A stretch of 64,000 nt of DNA from Candidatus Hermodarchaeota archaeon (lineage in GTDB: Archaea; Asgardarchaeota; Hermodarchaeia; Hermodarchaeales; Hermodarchaeaceae): contig JAEOUH010000070.1 in NCBI GenBank assembly GCA_016839365.1, positions 4,166 to 68,165 of the forward strand, read 5' to 3'. Made by a program: the position numbers and the translations under genes. Shown in pieces: positions 1 through 8,973 of the stretch. The notes beneath the pieces were generated by a model. That model was not told the DNA's origin, made no database searches, and saw only the letters and a program-made list of their open reading frames with translations. How positions within the stretch are numbered: position 1 is the stretch's first letter; each line of letters begins with the position of its first letter.

Positions 1-83
1 CGATGTGCCCCTCGTTCAATCTCATTGAGAGTAGCAACGACAACTAAATCGCCAAATTGACCTTTCTCTGGTTTTTTTGTCAT
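1..83 (-). CDS. partial CDS (first 27 codons; continues off the left edge), function unknown
   Basis: ATG at 83..81 (minus strand) opens MTKKPEKGQFGDLVVVATLNEIERGAH with no stop before position 1. Too short to assign. Confidence 0.3.
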   Translation of the reverse strand, partial: MTKKPEKGQFGDLVVVATLNEIERGAH

Positions 84-186
84 CCAGTGTCGCATCCAAA
101 ACCCTTAGTCACTAGCGTAACTTGTGCTATCAACCTACGTCCAATCGCCTTATTAGCCTTTATGTCCCTTCAAGGGAATTTCTTCC

Positions 187-399
187 CTAATTTCCAAGGT
201 ATAACAATAGACTCAGCAAAAACATCATGCCTGCAAAGAGGACAAGGACAACAGCTAACTCAATGGAGAATAGAGCACCTAACGGAGTATAATAAACTAG
301 TACTGGATGGATTAGAAGAGTGAAAAGAAAGATCAAAAAAATAATGCCAATTAACCATCCTCGTTGGCGGCGACTGAACAGCATATTATAGTTCACCAA
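187..399 (-). CDS. small hydrophobic protein (about 2 TM helices), hypothetical
   Basis: 70-aa ORF with two long hydrophobic stretches (WLIGIIFLIFLFTLLI, LAVVLVLFAGMMFLLSLLLYL). No recognisable motif. Confidence 0.3.
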   Translation of the reverse strand: MVNYNMLFSRRQRGWLIGIIFLIFLFTLLIHPVLVYYTPLGALFSIELAVVLVLFAGMMFLLSLLLYLGN

Positions 400-560
400 T
401 CGTTAACCCGGACTGTGACTGATTTGCTGCTTTAAGCCTTTCGTCAACGTCATAATCAGTTGTCTCTTAACTTCCTTGAATTTGGGATTCGTTGATATCA
501 GCAAGCCTTATCTGATAATATTATGAAGGGAATTCAGCTAGGCGGTCCGGTGTAAAATCG

Positions 561-1547
561 TTGGTGCTCTCAGTTATATCAATTGCAGCCATTCTCACTT
601 TGATCAGTGGCATTCTTTCGGGTATTGGGCATTCTCTTCAGCGGTACGGACTCGATAAGTTACCCGAACTCACTCCTCGGGCATTCTATAAACGCCATAT
701 CCGGTTACTTTTTACCCTCTTCACAACTCCCATCTGGTTCTTTGGTGCCGTTCTCGCCGTCTCAGGAGCCCTAATGCGCTGGCAAGCCTTCTCCATGGGT
801 GATGTCAGTTTTTTGAAACCCTTAACCAATATCAACATCCTCATCGTTATCATTCTGGGGGTTCTCATATTGGGAGAGGTGATAAGACGATTCGAATGGG
901 GAGGGATTTCTGCCCTTCTTATTGGAGTGTTTGTCCTCAGCTTATTTGCCCAAGAACGAGTCATCGACAGCTACAATATTTTCTGGTATGTTATTTTTAC
1001 AATTATTTGTGTCGTACTCGTGACCACTTTCATAGTCATCGGTTCACAACTCACTAGGAGCTCTCGCGAAAAAGAGCTCATGTTTGCGATCAGCTCTGGT
1101 ATCCTTTACGGGATTGCAACCATCTATCTCAAGGCAATGACCATCGAAGTCATTCAGGTCCTTGGGTACTTCAATGTCCTCGATCCCCTCTCACTCCTTA
1201 CACTTTTGACACGCTATTCCTTCTGGCTCTACTTCATCAGCTCGGTCATAGCCTATTTCCTCCTTCAATGTGCCTATTCACACCGAAGGGTTTCAGTGGC
1301 CTTCCCCGTTAATAATTCACTCTCAACCCTAGTACCCATCATCATCGCTGTTCTCGTCTTTGGTGATTCCCTCCTTATCCTCATCAATGGCTTCATCATA
1401 TTCCCCGTCTCCTACCTCCCCATCATCGGAATCATCGCAATATTCATTGGGATTATATTGCTTCGCCGATTTCAAGGAACATCCGAAAAACCGCTAGTAG
1501 ATAACTCCTCCTCAAGTGAGGAAGAAATAAAAGGAGTTTCCACATGA
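561..1547 (+). CDS. multi-pass membrane transporter, DMT superfamily (EamA/NIPA-like)
   Basis: 328 aa with about 10 hydrophobic helices in two halves and a short acidic/Ser-rich C-terminal tail. The N-terminal SLQRYGL segment resembles NIPA/EamA-type carriers. TTG start. Confidence 0.5.
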   Translation: MVLSVISIAAILTLISGILSGIGHSLQRYGLDKLPELTPRAFYKRHIRLLFTLFTTPIWFFGAVLAVSGALMRWQAFSMGDVSFLKPLTNINILIVIILGVLILGEVIRRFEWGGISALLIGVFVLSLFAQERVIDSYNIFWYVIFTIICVVLVTTFIVIGSQLTRSSREKELMFAISSGILYGIATIYLKAMTIEVIQVLGYFNVLDPLSLLTLLTRYSFWLYFISSVIAYFLLQCAYSHRRVSVAFPVNNSLSTLVPIIIAVLVFGDSLLILINGFIIFPVSYLPIIGIIAIFIGIILLRRFQGTSEKPLVDNSSSSEEEIKGVST

Positions 1548-1596
1548 AATCCAATTCCTCTCAATATCTTGATACGAAATGGACAGGTGAATCTCA

Positions 1597-2913
1597 TTGC
1601 ATCAATTTCTCGACCAACTGGAACAAGCATGGAAAACGGGGTATGAGTTCATCAAGGGGAGTCCTGTAATTCTGAAACGGACCGATATAAATTCGGTCAT
1701 GTCGCATTCTGGGAAAATCCTCAACGAGCGCCGCATCCGTGAGACTCTTGCAACTACCATTGAGCTTCGAGAATTGGGCGCCGCTGCAATTACTGATGCC
1801 TCCCATCAATCGCGACCTGGACGTGCGGATTTCTATCCAACGCTTGAACATACGCGCATCTTGAATTCTATACTTGAAATTGAGTTTCCCGATAAATACG
1901 ATGAATGGGAATACGTGTTCAGTGATTCGGCCTGGGGCTTTTCCCAATTGGAATACTTAACCCGTGGTCAAAATGTCATGAGCAATAACATCCGGTTTGC
2001 CCCCTGGGAGCTCAATGTGCCCGCCCAACTTTATGACATTCCACCTGTTCGACTCGTCGAAAAACTCCGCGACGCAGGACACCGTGTCTGCTATGTACAA
2101 GACGCTTTTCCCTCCGCCCATCGCGGAGGAGGTCAGAAAGACACATCGATGTATGCACTACCAAACTTCTTTAATCGTCGCGGAATTCCCGTGTTTCCAT
2201 CTCGCAATTTCGCCGAGGAAATGATCAAATTCGCCGAACTAAACGAACTCATCCATTCCAGTAAAAAAGTCATCGTTGCCCTATTTGGAGGAAAGGTCAC
2301 CGATTATCTTGATGTCTTCTCCCTTTATGAACGTCATAAACACATCGAAATCCTTGCGGGCTCCCTACTTAGTATGGTATTTCTTAAAAGCCAACATCCC
2401 ACGCTAAGTTTCGGAGTCAACGATGAACGATTCTTCCAAGACATTGGCGAAGAAGAACTCCGACAATTCAAGCAACACTTCAATAAAGAACGAGTTCACC
2501 TCGCGAAAGACCTAATCATCACCACCCCAGATGAAATCGTCACTAAATCACTCAACGCCAAAGCGAAAATTCGCTACGAAGTGCAAGGGATTGGACCTGA
2601 AACCGTCCAGTCCTACGCAGAAGCGGTAAAAGGTGCCCAGCTCCTCATGGTCAATGGTTGCCCGTTCAATATTCGCCGGTTTGAAACCTTTGGGAAATAC
2701 TTCAAGGAATTCCTTACACTGGTCCGAAACCAAAATGGGTCCTTGAAACTGTATGAATGCGGAGGTGATGCAATCACTGCCATCAAATATTGTGGCATCA
2801 AAACTGATATCAGCTCCACAGCCGGAAAACTCGGACTTTTGGCTCCAATGATTGAAGATAAAAGCGACCTTGAAAAATATGCTCCTGCTGTGGTTCCTCT
2901 CATTCAACGCTGA
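1597..2913 (+). CDS. pgk: phosphoglycerate kinase-like protein (divergent archaeal-type PGK)
   Basis: PGK-like blocks are present: ILKRTDINS..GKILNERRI, SHQSRPG, DAFPSAHRGGG, ALFGGKV, GIGPET, CGGDAITAI. The terminal glycine motif is altered (STAGKLG instead of STGGGA). TTG start. Confidence 0.6.
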   Translation: MHQFLDQLEQAWKTGYEFIKGSPVILKRTDINSVMSHSGKILNERRIRETLATTIELRELGAAAITDASHQSRPGRADFYPTLEHTRILNSILEIEFPDKYDEWEYVFSDSAWGFSQLEYLTRGQNVMSNNIRFAPWELNVPAQLYDIPPVRLVEKLRDAGHRVCYVQDAFPSAHRGGGQKDTSMYALPNFFNRRGIPVFPSRNFAEEMIKFAELNELIHSSKKVIVALFGGKVTDYLDVFSLYERHKHIEILAGSLLSMVFLKSQHPTLSFGVNDERFFQDIGEEELRQFKQHFNKERVHLAKDLIITTPDEIVTKSLNAKAKIRYEVQGIGPETVQSYAEAVKGAQLLMVNGCPFNIRRFETFGKYFKEFLTLVRNQNGSLKLYECGGDAITAIKYCGIKTDISSTAGKLGLLAPMIEDKSDLEKYAPAVVPLIQR

Positions 2914-2924
2914 CAGAATCTAGA

Positions 2925-5027
2925 CTAATCAATCGTTCTTCCACAATGGCCACAAAAACTGGCATTTGGAGTTATCGGAGCACCACAGTGGTAACAGAAT
3001 CCCGTGCGAACAGGCTTTTCAGAAGGAATGTCACCACTCTTTGTTGAAGGATAAGTCTGAGATTGGCTATTAGCAGGTGTTGGCGCAGGGGCTGGTGACC
3101 ACATATACTCTTGGGATTTCCGTTTCCGCCGTTGAACAAGTGTACATACGCTGAAGACGATGATTAAGACAATGGCTGCAATGATTATGATCCAAATGAT
3201 CAAACCAAACCCCGAGATGGTTATAGAATAGTTCGCCCCAGCATTATTATCCGTGGCTACCCGACCCCCAGCATCAGTCACGGTCACATAATACGCAATA
3301 ATGGACCCAGGAAGAAACGTTCCTAAAGCTCCTTCCCATTCAGAACCACTTACGAAAACCATATCAATGTGATACCATCGAGTATCACCTTGTCGTTGGT
3401 AATAGATCGTTGCGTTGACAATCCAAGTATCATCAGTAGCTTCTAGACTCACGGTGATGGGATCACCAAATCCTGGAGCTATTGGAAAGTGGCTCACCGA
3501 GCTGATAATGGGATCTGCTAGGTCTACAATGAAATGTGATTGGATGGATAATCGACGTCCGCTCCCAGCCAATTCCATAATCAACGTGGCATTATGCGCA
3601 CCTGATGTAAGCCCGACAATGTCTTGACTAGTACCCAGTCCACTATACTCCAAGACATCATCCACGAACAGTTCAAAGTGGTCAATTCCTGTTCCTGGAG
3701 CCGTTCCAGACCATTGTATAGTAACATTCGGTGTTAGAATCGCGCTACCATCTAATGGGAAAAGGAATTCCATAAAGGCTCGAATAATTGAAACATTATA
3801 TGAAGCTCCAACAGCATTTTCAATGACCATTGTAAACTGACCGGTGGATGAAACATAGGAATTAACCTCTCCCAATCCAATAGCAAACGCCCCATCATCT
3901 ACCCCCGCGATGGTCCCAGGATGTGCATCGATAACTTTTACAATTCCTTGACCTGATGGGAGCGTTTCATCAATCTCAGTAATCACAACTCCCTCACCAC
4001 CTGGACCAATAATGGGAAGCGAAGCGTCATAACCTATTTTCTTCCGAACTTCGAGAAGAAAATAATGTGTTGACGTTACATTGATTCGAATCAGATGTAT
4101 ACCTGTTGTGAGGAGTTCAAGAGGATCTATCACTGCAGTGAGATCCGAGGCTACTTCAACTGTATTGCTTGCGTTCACCCAACCCAGTTCTGATTTACTC
4201 CACCCCATCATATGTGAAGGTTGATCACCTAGATCCATGGGTCCATTCCAAGACCCTGCACCCATAAGCCCCCAATGACCAACAAACTGCTCTCCTTCGT
4301 AATCGACATCATACAAATCAGGTAATCCTAAGTCATGTCCAAACTCATGGGCAAGAACACCTACAAATGACGGATCACCGGGCAGGCTCTCCTCAGGGCT
4401 TACTGATGCACGTTGGATTGGAATACCATCTGCCCAAATGGTAAAGCCCCACCATTCACTGGACCAATAATCCTGCCAATCATGACTCAGCTCTTGACCT
4501 TGGCCTGCATGAATAATAGTCACCCCATCATAAATCGAAAAATCAACATCCGGATCTGCGAGAGCAATCGCTTCGGAAATTATGTCAAACTTGGGGTCGC
4601 TTGGGAATGATGTACCCTCCACATAATAGGCTCGATTATGTGAAAGTGTATACCAATTTGTCGCATCACCCGCAACTTGTACTAGCCCATATGAAACCTC
4701 ATCAATATAGTCATTGAGTGCAGTGATGGCATTTGTCTCCACTTCAGCTGAAGTAAAGGTATTGCCTTTATCGGGAAATTCGACCAAGATGGCAATCAGG
4801 TTTCTAGTGCCCGTAACCTGACGGGAGGAACGGTAGACTTCCGGTGGAGGAGGTCCATCAAGGCCAAGCCGTGAAGACATCGGCATCGTGGATGCCGAGA
4901 ATGGTTGATTCGTCAAAGAGGTAGAAAATATACTCATAGCAAGTGGCGCAATTAGAGAAAAGATGAGAATTGTCAATAGGGTAATTGTGGGGATACTTAT
5001 TGGCTTTCGGCTTATATGATAAATCAT
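2925..5027 (-). CDS. membrane-anchored secreted zinc metalloprotease, M6 (immune inhibitor A-like) family, with cytosolic zinc-ribbon tail
   Basis: N-terminal signal/TM. HEFGHDLGLPDLYD is the HExxH plus GLPDLYD signature typical of M6 peptidases. C-terminal TM (IWIIIIAAIVLIIVFSV), then a tail ending CYHCGAPITPNASFCGHCG. Confidence 0.7.
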   Translation of the reverse strand: MIYHISRKPISIPTITLLTILIFSLIAPLAMSIFSTSLTNQPFSASTMPMSSRLGLDGPPPPEVYRSSRQVTGTRNLIAILVEFPDKGNTFTSAEVETNAITALNDYIDEVSYGLVQVAGDATNWYTLSHNRAYYVEGTSFPSDPKFDIISEAIALADPDVDFSIYDGVTIIHAGQGQELSHDWQDYWSSEWWGFTIWADGIPIQRASVSPEESLPGDPSFVGVLAHEFGHDLGLPDLYDVDYEGEQFVGHWGLMGAGSWNGPMDLGDQPSHMMGWSKSELGWVNASNTVEVASDLTAVIDPLELLTTGIHLIRINVTSTHYFLLEVRKKIGYDASLPIIGPGGEGVVITEIDETLPSGQGIVKVIDAHPGTIAGVDDGAFAIGLGEVNSYVSSTGQFTMVIENAVGASYNVSIIRAFMEFLFPLDGSAILTPNVTIQWSGTAPGTGIDHFELFVDDVLEYSGLGTSQDIVGLTSGAHNATLIMELAGSGRRLSIQSHFIVDLADPIISSVSHFPIAPGFGDPITVSLEATDDTWIVNATIYYQRQGDTRWYHIDMVFVSGSEWEGALGTFLPGSIIAYYVTVTDAGGRVATDNNAGANYSITISGFGLIIWIIIIAAIVLIIVFSVCTLVQRRKRKSQEYMWSPAPAPTPANSQSQTYPSTKSGDIPSEKPVRTGFCYHCGAPITPNASFCGHCGRTID

Positions 5028-5252
5028 CAGGTATACCTCAATACTCCCTCTACTCCATGTACTGAAAACTGTCCTAGGCTATCAGTTATTGTATCGTTCA
5101 CGATAATCTAGAAAAACTCTTAAAATCCCAGAAATAAACTTTCGGTTCTGTCAACTCAAAAGATAGTGTAATTAGTCTCGTCGCAATCCCGGAACTATCT
5201 CTGCTGCCAATGGTAAGGCAGGTTGGTCTCGTCTTCTGCCTCGCTAGCATCC

Positions 5253-5816
5253 TTAAGGAGGACTGCGCCGACTTTCATGTGATTCTTTAATCTTTATGGC
5301 TAAGGTGGAAAATGCTTCCGTGACTTCTTGCCCTGTCTTTGCTGATGTTTCCTTGTATTGGAACAGGCCAAGATCGCTTGCGATTTTCTCCCCTTGTTCC
5401 GGAGTAATTTTGCGGTTTTTCTCGAGGTCAGCTTTGTTTCCGAGGAGAATCAATAGGGGTTCAGGGCCTACGGCATCACGAAATGCCTGAACCCATCGTG
5501 GAGCTGTTTCCAAGGTTTGGGGGCGAGTTAAATCAAAAACTACGATTCCCCCAGAAGCACCTTGGCAGTATCGGGTGCGAAGATCACGAAATATGTCCTG
5601 TCCAGCTAGATCCCAAATGAGAAGCTTGAACAAATACGTGCCGATCTTAGCATCATAGGTGCTGATATCGATTCCAAGAGTTCGATGATAATCACGTTGA
5701 AACTTGCCTGTCACATACTTATTGACAAGACTAGTCTTCCCAACAGCTGCTTCGCCGAGAGTCACTAACTTGTACACAGAATCAAAACGCCTTTCTTCGT
5801 CGTAAGTTCTGCTCAC
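5253..5816 (-). CDS. small GTPase, Rab/Ras-like (eukaryote-like small GTPase family)
   Basis: All G boxes present: G1 GEAAVGKTS, switch I RTLGIDI, G3 WDLAGQD, G4 GNKADL, G5 ETSAK. 187 aa, no C-terminal Cys prenylation motif. Confidence 0.85.
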   Translation of the reverse strand: MSRTYDEERRFDSVYKLVTLGEAAVGKTSLVNKYVTGKFQRDYHRTLGIDISTYDAKIGTYLFKLLIWDLAGQDIFRDLRTRYCQGASGGIVVFDLTRPQTLETAPRWVQAFRDAVGPEPLLILLGNKADLEKNRKITPEQGEKIASDLGLFQYKETSAKTGQEVTEAFSTLAIKIKESHESRRSPP

Positions 5817-5918
5817 TTCTCAACCTCCTTATCGTATAGCCGGAAATCCAGCCTAATAATGGACAAGTTCCTCTTTAACTGTTGTCGAATCCCTCTCTTA
5901 TATAAATTCTGACATAAC

Positions 5919-6290
5919 CTACAATTCCTGAATTTGCTTCAGCTTTTGCTCATAAGTCTCGTACAAGTCTAATAATTGGCTGCCTAGCTCAGTTAGAGCA
6001 GTTCCACCTTTCCCATCGCGGTGTCCACGCTGTTTTTTCACGATTGGTGCACCAATCCGTTCTTCCACTTTTTGAAGGTACCCCCACGCAAACCTATAAG
6101 AAGGTGATTCCATCTCTCCCAGGGCATCCTTGGGCAGTGCCTTCAAGGCTTGACTGATGGAGCCTTTCTCAGCAATCCCCCTCAAGAGCAAAGCCCCACC
6201 TTTGCCGAGAATCAACTCCCCATTCAGTTCAAACCACAGTTTCACCTTCACTTCTAACAAATCAAGGATTGGGTCCTGTTCACTCGACAT
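5919..6290 (-). CDS. ModE N-terminal-domain-like winged-HTH regulator
   Basis: GSISQALKAL ... SYRFAWGYLQKVEERIGAPIVKKQRG..GGTALTELG matches the ModE/LysR-type HTH N-domain pattern. The ATG at 6290 is preceded by GGTGG. The ORF extends to 6365, but that extension looks non-coding. Confidence 0.6.
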   Translation of the reverse strand: MSSEQDPILDLLEVKVKLWFELNGELILGKGGALLLRGIAEKGSISQALKALPKDALGEMESPSYRFAWGYLQKVEERIGAPIVKKQRGHRDGKGGTALTELGSQLLDLYETYEQKLKQIQEL

Positions 6291-6454
6291 TACAACCACC
6301 AAATAGTGTGTAAAGAATGCAGCTAATACTTCTTCTGTTTTGGTACGACCAGGTGTTTGATGCAATACTTCAAATACACACTAGCTTGTAATATGTTCTT
6401 GCCCGGAAGCTCTTGTAAGTGCCATTAAACTAGGTAATAGTTCATAGGGTTATC

Positions 6455-7210
6455 ATGGTGTCGTCACCGCAACTCGCTCGAATAGTCGTCAATTCCCTCA
6501 AAGCCATTCTCGGTGAAGAGTACACTATCCATAATTTCGAACGACTTCCCAGTCGGCGAAATGAAGTGTACAAAATCCTTGGTTCCCTCCCTTCTCAATT
6601 CACATTCAATCCCCTAGTTGCAAAATATTATAAACAGACTGGCATCGCACATGAAACCTCCATACTCCAAAAAGCCCACCAAAATAAGCTCCACGTTCCT
6701 GCCGTCATTGGCACTACTGCCAACGTCCTCGTGCTTGAATATATCAATGGACCCAACCTTTGCGACCTCATCACAATCAACCCAGACCGGCTTCTGGGTC
6801 AGCTGCTCGCCAGATGGCTTGCAAGCTTCCACACTGTTTTTAATCGTGGTGCTGACCAGGTTCTTACAAAGGGTGACGCACGAATCCGCAACTTCCTTGT
6901 TTTCCACGACTATCTCGTAGGCGTTGACTTTGAAGAAAGCCACATTGGATCCTACCACGAAGATCTCGCCATCGCCTGTGCATCGATCCTTGACACTATC
7001 CCCCTTTTTACTAAACCTAAATTTCAGCTGTGTACAGTGTTCCTAGATGATTACGCTGCAATCCGCCAGATCACAAATCGGGAGGAATTGAAGGCAATAA
7101 CAGGTACCAAAATGATTCAGGTTCTCAAAGAGACGGCCCTCCGTCGGGGAAACCCCCCCGAGTTACTCAACCATATCTCGCGATTTGAAAGTGGCGCTAT
7201 TTCTTTGTAA
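6455..7210 (+). CDS. protein-kinase-like fold phosphotransferase (APH/choline-kinase/Bud32-like)
   Basis: RRNEVYKI nucleotide-lobe motif, LVLEYINGPNL hinge, catalytic-loop-like GDARIRNFLV, and VGVDFEES (DFE/DFG-like). Confidence 0.5.
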   Translation: MVSSPQLARIVVNSLKAILGEEYTIHNFERLPSRRNEVYKILGSLPSQFTFNPLVAKYYKQTGIAHETSILQKAHQNKLHVPAVIGTTANVLVLEYINGPNLCDLITINPDRLLGQLLARWLASFHTVFNRGADQVLTKGDARIRNFLVFHDYLVGVDFEESHIGSYHEDLAIACASILDTIPLFTKPKFQLCTVFLDDYAAIRQITNREELKAITGTKMIQVLKETALRRGNPPELLNHISRFESGAISL

Positions 7211-7398
7211 CTTTGTATCTAGATTGAAGTGTAGTTTCTTAGTATTTTTTAGACAATTTCCGACTATTACGAAAAAATGTGGAAGCTGTCGACGATTTAT
7301 TTCATAGGAAGCCAAAAGCCTTTAAGTCGGCTTAAAGGAACGGAGACAACTCCATTATGGAGTTGCAACAATACAAACTTTAGGAGGCAGTATGAGTT

Positions 7399-7743
7399 AT
7401 GGCAGATGATTCAACCGCCCGAACCCTCGTAACCGTTGGCGCCTGGCTTCAGCTTATCTTCTGGTTAGTCGGAATTGGAATGATCGTTTTTACCTTCCTT
7501 TTGTTCCTTCCCTTCTGGGATCCAATGATAATGATGTTCTTTCTGTTTGCAACACTGTTCTACATCTTGATTACCATCTTCGGCATCATCTTCATGTTCC
7601 TTTGGTTCAGCTGGCGCAAAGATCCAAGTGCACACAAGACCGGTCTCATCGTCACCGGTGTCCTCGGGCTCTTCTTAGCTGGATTCCTTCCAGGGCTACT
7701 CGTTTTGATTGGCGGCATTGTTGCCCCATCCGAGTCCGCTTAA
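7399..7743 (+). CDS. small integral membrane protein, hypothetical
   Basis: 114 aa with 3-4 hydrophobic helices. TAGGAGG Shine-Dalgarno site at about 7381-7387. Confidence 0.45.
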   Translation: MADDSTARTLVTVGAWLQLIFWLVGIGMIVFTFLLFLPFWDPMIMMFFLFATLFYILITIFGIIFMFLWFSWRKDPSAHKTGLIVTGVLGLFLAGFLPGLLVLIGGIVAPSESA

Positions 7744-7791
7744 ACGACCTAGGCTCTAGGCTTGCAGGTCGTTCCTCTTTTTCTTTTTTTT
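7743..7791 (+). terminator. hairpin plus oligo-T terminator after the 7399..7743 gene
   Basis: AACGACCT (7743-7750) pairs with AGGTCGTT (7766-7773), followed by CCTCTTTTTCTTTTTTTT. Confidence 0.55.
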
Positions 7792-7932
7792 CTGTAAGTG
7801 GAGCTAAGAGAAGGTTTCAACTACTATCCACAACGTAGCCTATCAGAATTCTTAGCTCGCCACAACCTTTATGGTCTATGGCTCGTGGAGTGATGTCAGA
7901 GAACGGTACTTCAGCCAAGTAGGAGGTCATTC

Positions 7933-8967
7933 TTGTTGGGAGTTAAGCTAGCGCCACTCATCACCCCCGAGATCCTAACACTAGAAGATTTACGTGGTCG
8001 TTCATTTGCAGTAGATGCCGCTAATCAATTGCATCAGTTCCTTGCCCTCATTCGTACTCCGGATGGAGTTCCCCTCAAAGACCGCAAAGGGCGAGTCACC
8101 TCTCATCTGGTTGGGCTCCTTTATCGCACAACACGACTGATTACCGAATATGACCTAAAACTCATCTTTATCTTCGATGGAAAACCTCCTGATCTGAAAG
8201 CTAATGAAATTACTAAACGGCGTCAACAACGCAATCGGGCTGAACAGGAATACAAGGAAGCGGTTGCAAAAGGTGACATGAAAACAGCCTGGTCAAAAGC
8301 CGTGGGCACAGGTCGTCTTACACAGGAGATGGCCCAAGAGGCACAACAGGTTCTAACCTTCCTTGGTATACCCTTTATACAAGCTCCTGGTGAGGGTGAA
8401 GCGCAAGCCGCATATATGGTCCAACGTGGTGAAGTGTGGGCTACAGCCAGCCGGGATTTTGACACGCTGCTTTTTGGAGCACCCCGGTTACTTCGATATT
8501 TGACACTCACAGGTCGGAAACGCCTCCCTAGTAAAGGTACAAGTGTCCCACTTCAACCCGAGCTCATTGACCTCCATAGAGTACTAGCTGAAAATGGCAT
8601 CAACCGCGAGCAGCTTGTTGATGTCGCCTTACTCATCGGCACCGATTTCAATAAGGGTGTTCCCCAGGTTGGTCCCAAAACAGCCTTAAAACTAATCAAG
8701 GAAAACCAATGTCTCGAAAACCTACCTAGTATGATCCTTGAACAACTCCCGCCAAATTATCATAAAATCCGTCGCCTCTTTTTAGACCACCCAATTACGG
8801 ATGAATATGATATAACACCCCACTCTGTTAATCGCGAAGGTCTCATTGCCTATCTCTCTCATGAACGAGGATTCGCTGAAACGCGAGTGAATAATGTGGT
8901 GGACCGTCTCCTAAAAGCCAAGAAAGGGCAACGGCAACAGAGCCTTAATAGCTGGTCTAAAGGATAA
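7933..8967 (+). CDS. fen: flap endonuclease 1 (FEN1, archaeal XPG/Rad2 family)
   Basis: N-terminus (M)LGVKLAPLI..L.DLRGR.FAVDA, FIFDGKPP, I-domain QAPGEGEAQAAYM, and H3TH block LIGTDFN.GV..VGPKTALKLI. AGGAGGT SD, then TTG at 7933 or 7936. Confidence 0.95.
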   Translation: MLGVKLAPLITPEILTLEDLRGRSFAVDAANQLHQFLALIRTPDGVPLKDRKGRVTSHLVGLLYRTTRLITEYDLKLIFIFDGKPPDLKANEITKRRQQRNRAEQEYKEAVAKGDMKTAWSKAVGTGRLTQEMAQEAQQVLTFLGIPFIQAPGEGEAQAAYMVQRGEVWATASRDFDTLLFGAPRLLRYLTLTGRKRLPSKGTSVPLQPELIDLHRVLAENGINREQLVDVALLIGTDFNKGVPQVGPKTALKLIKENQCLENLPSMILEQLPPNYHKIRRLFLDHPITDEYDITPHSVNREGLIAYLSHERGFAETRVNNVVDRLLKAKKGQRQQSLNSWSKG

Positions 8968-8973
8968 CAATTC

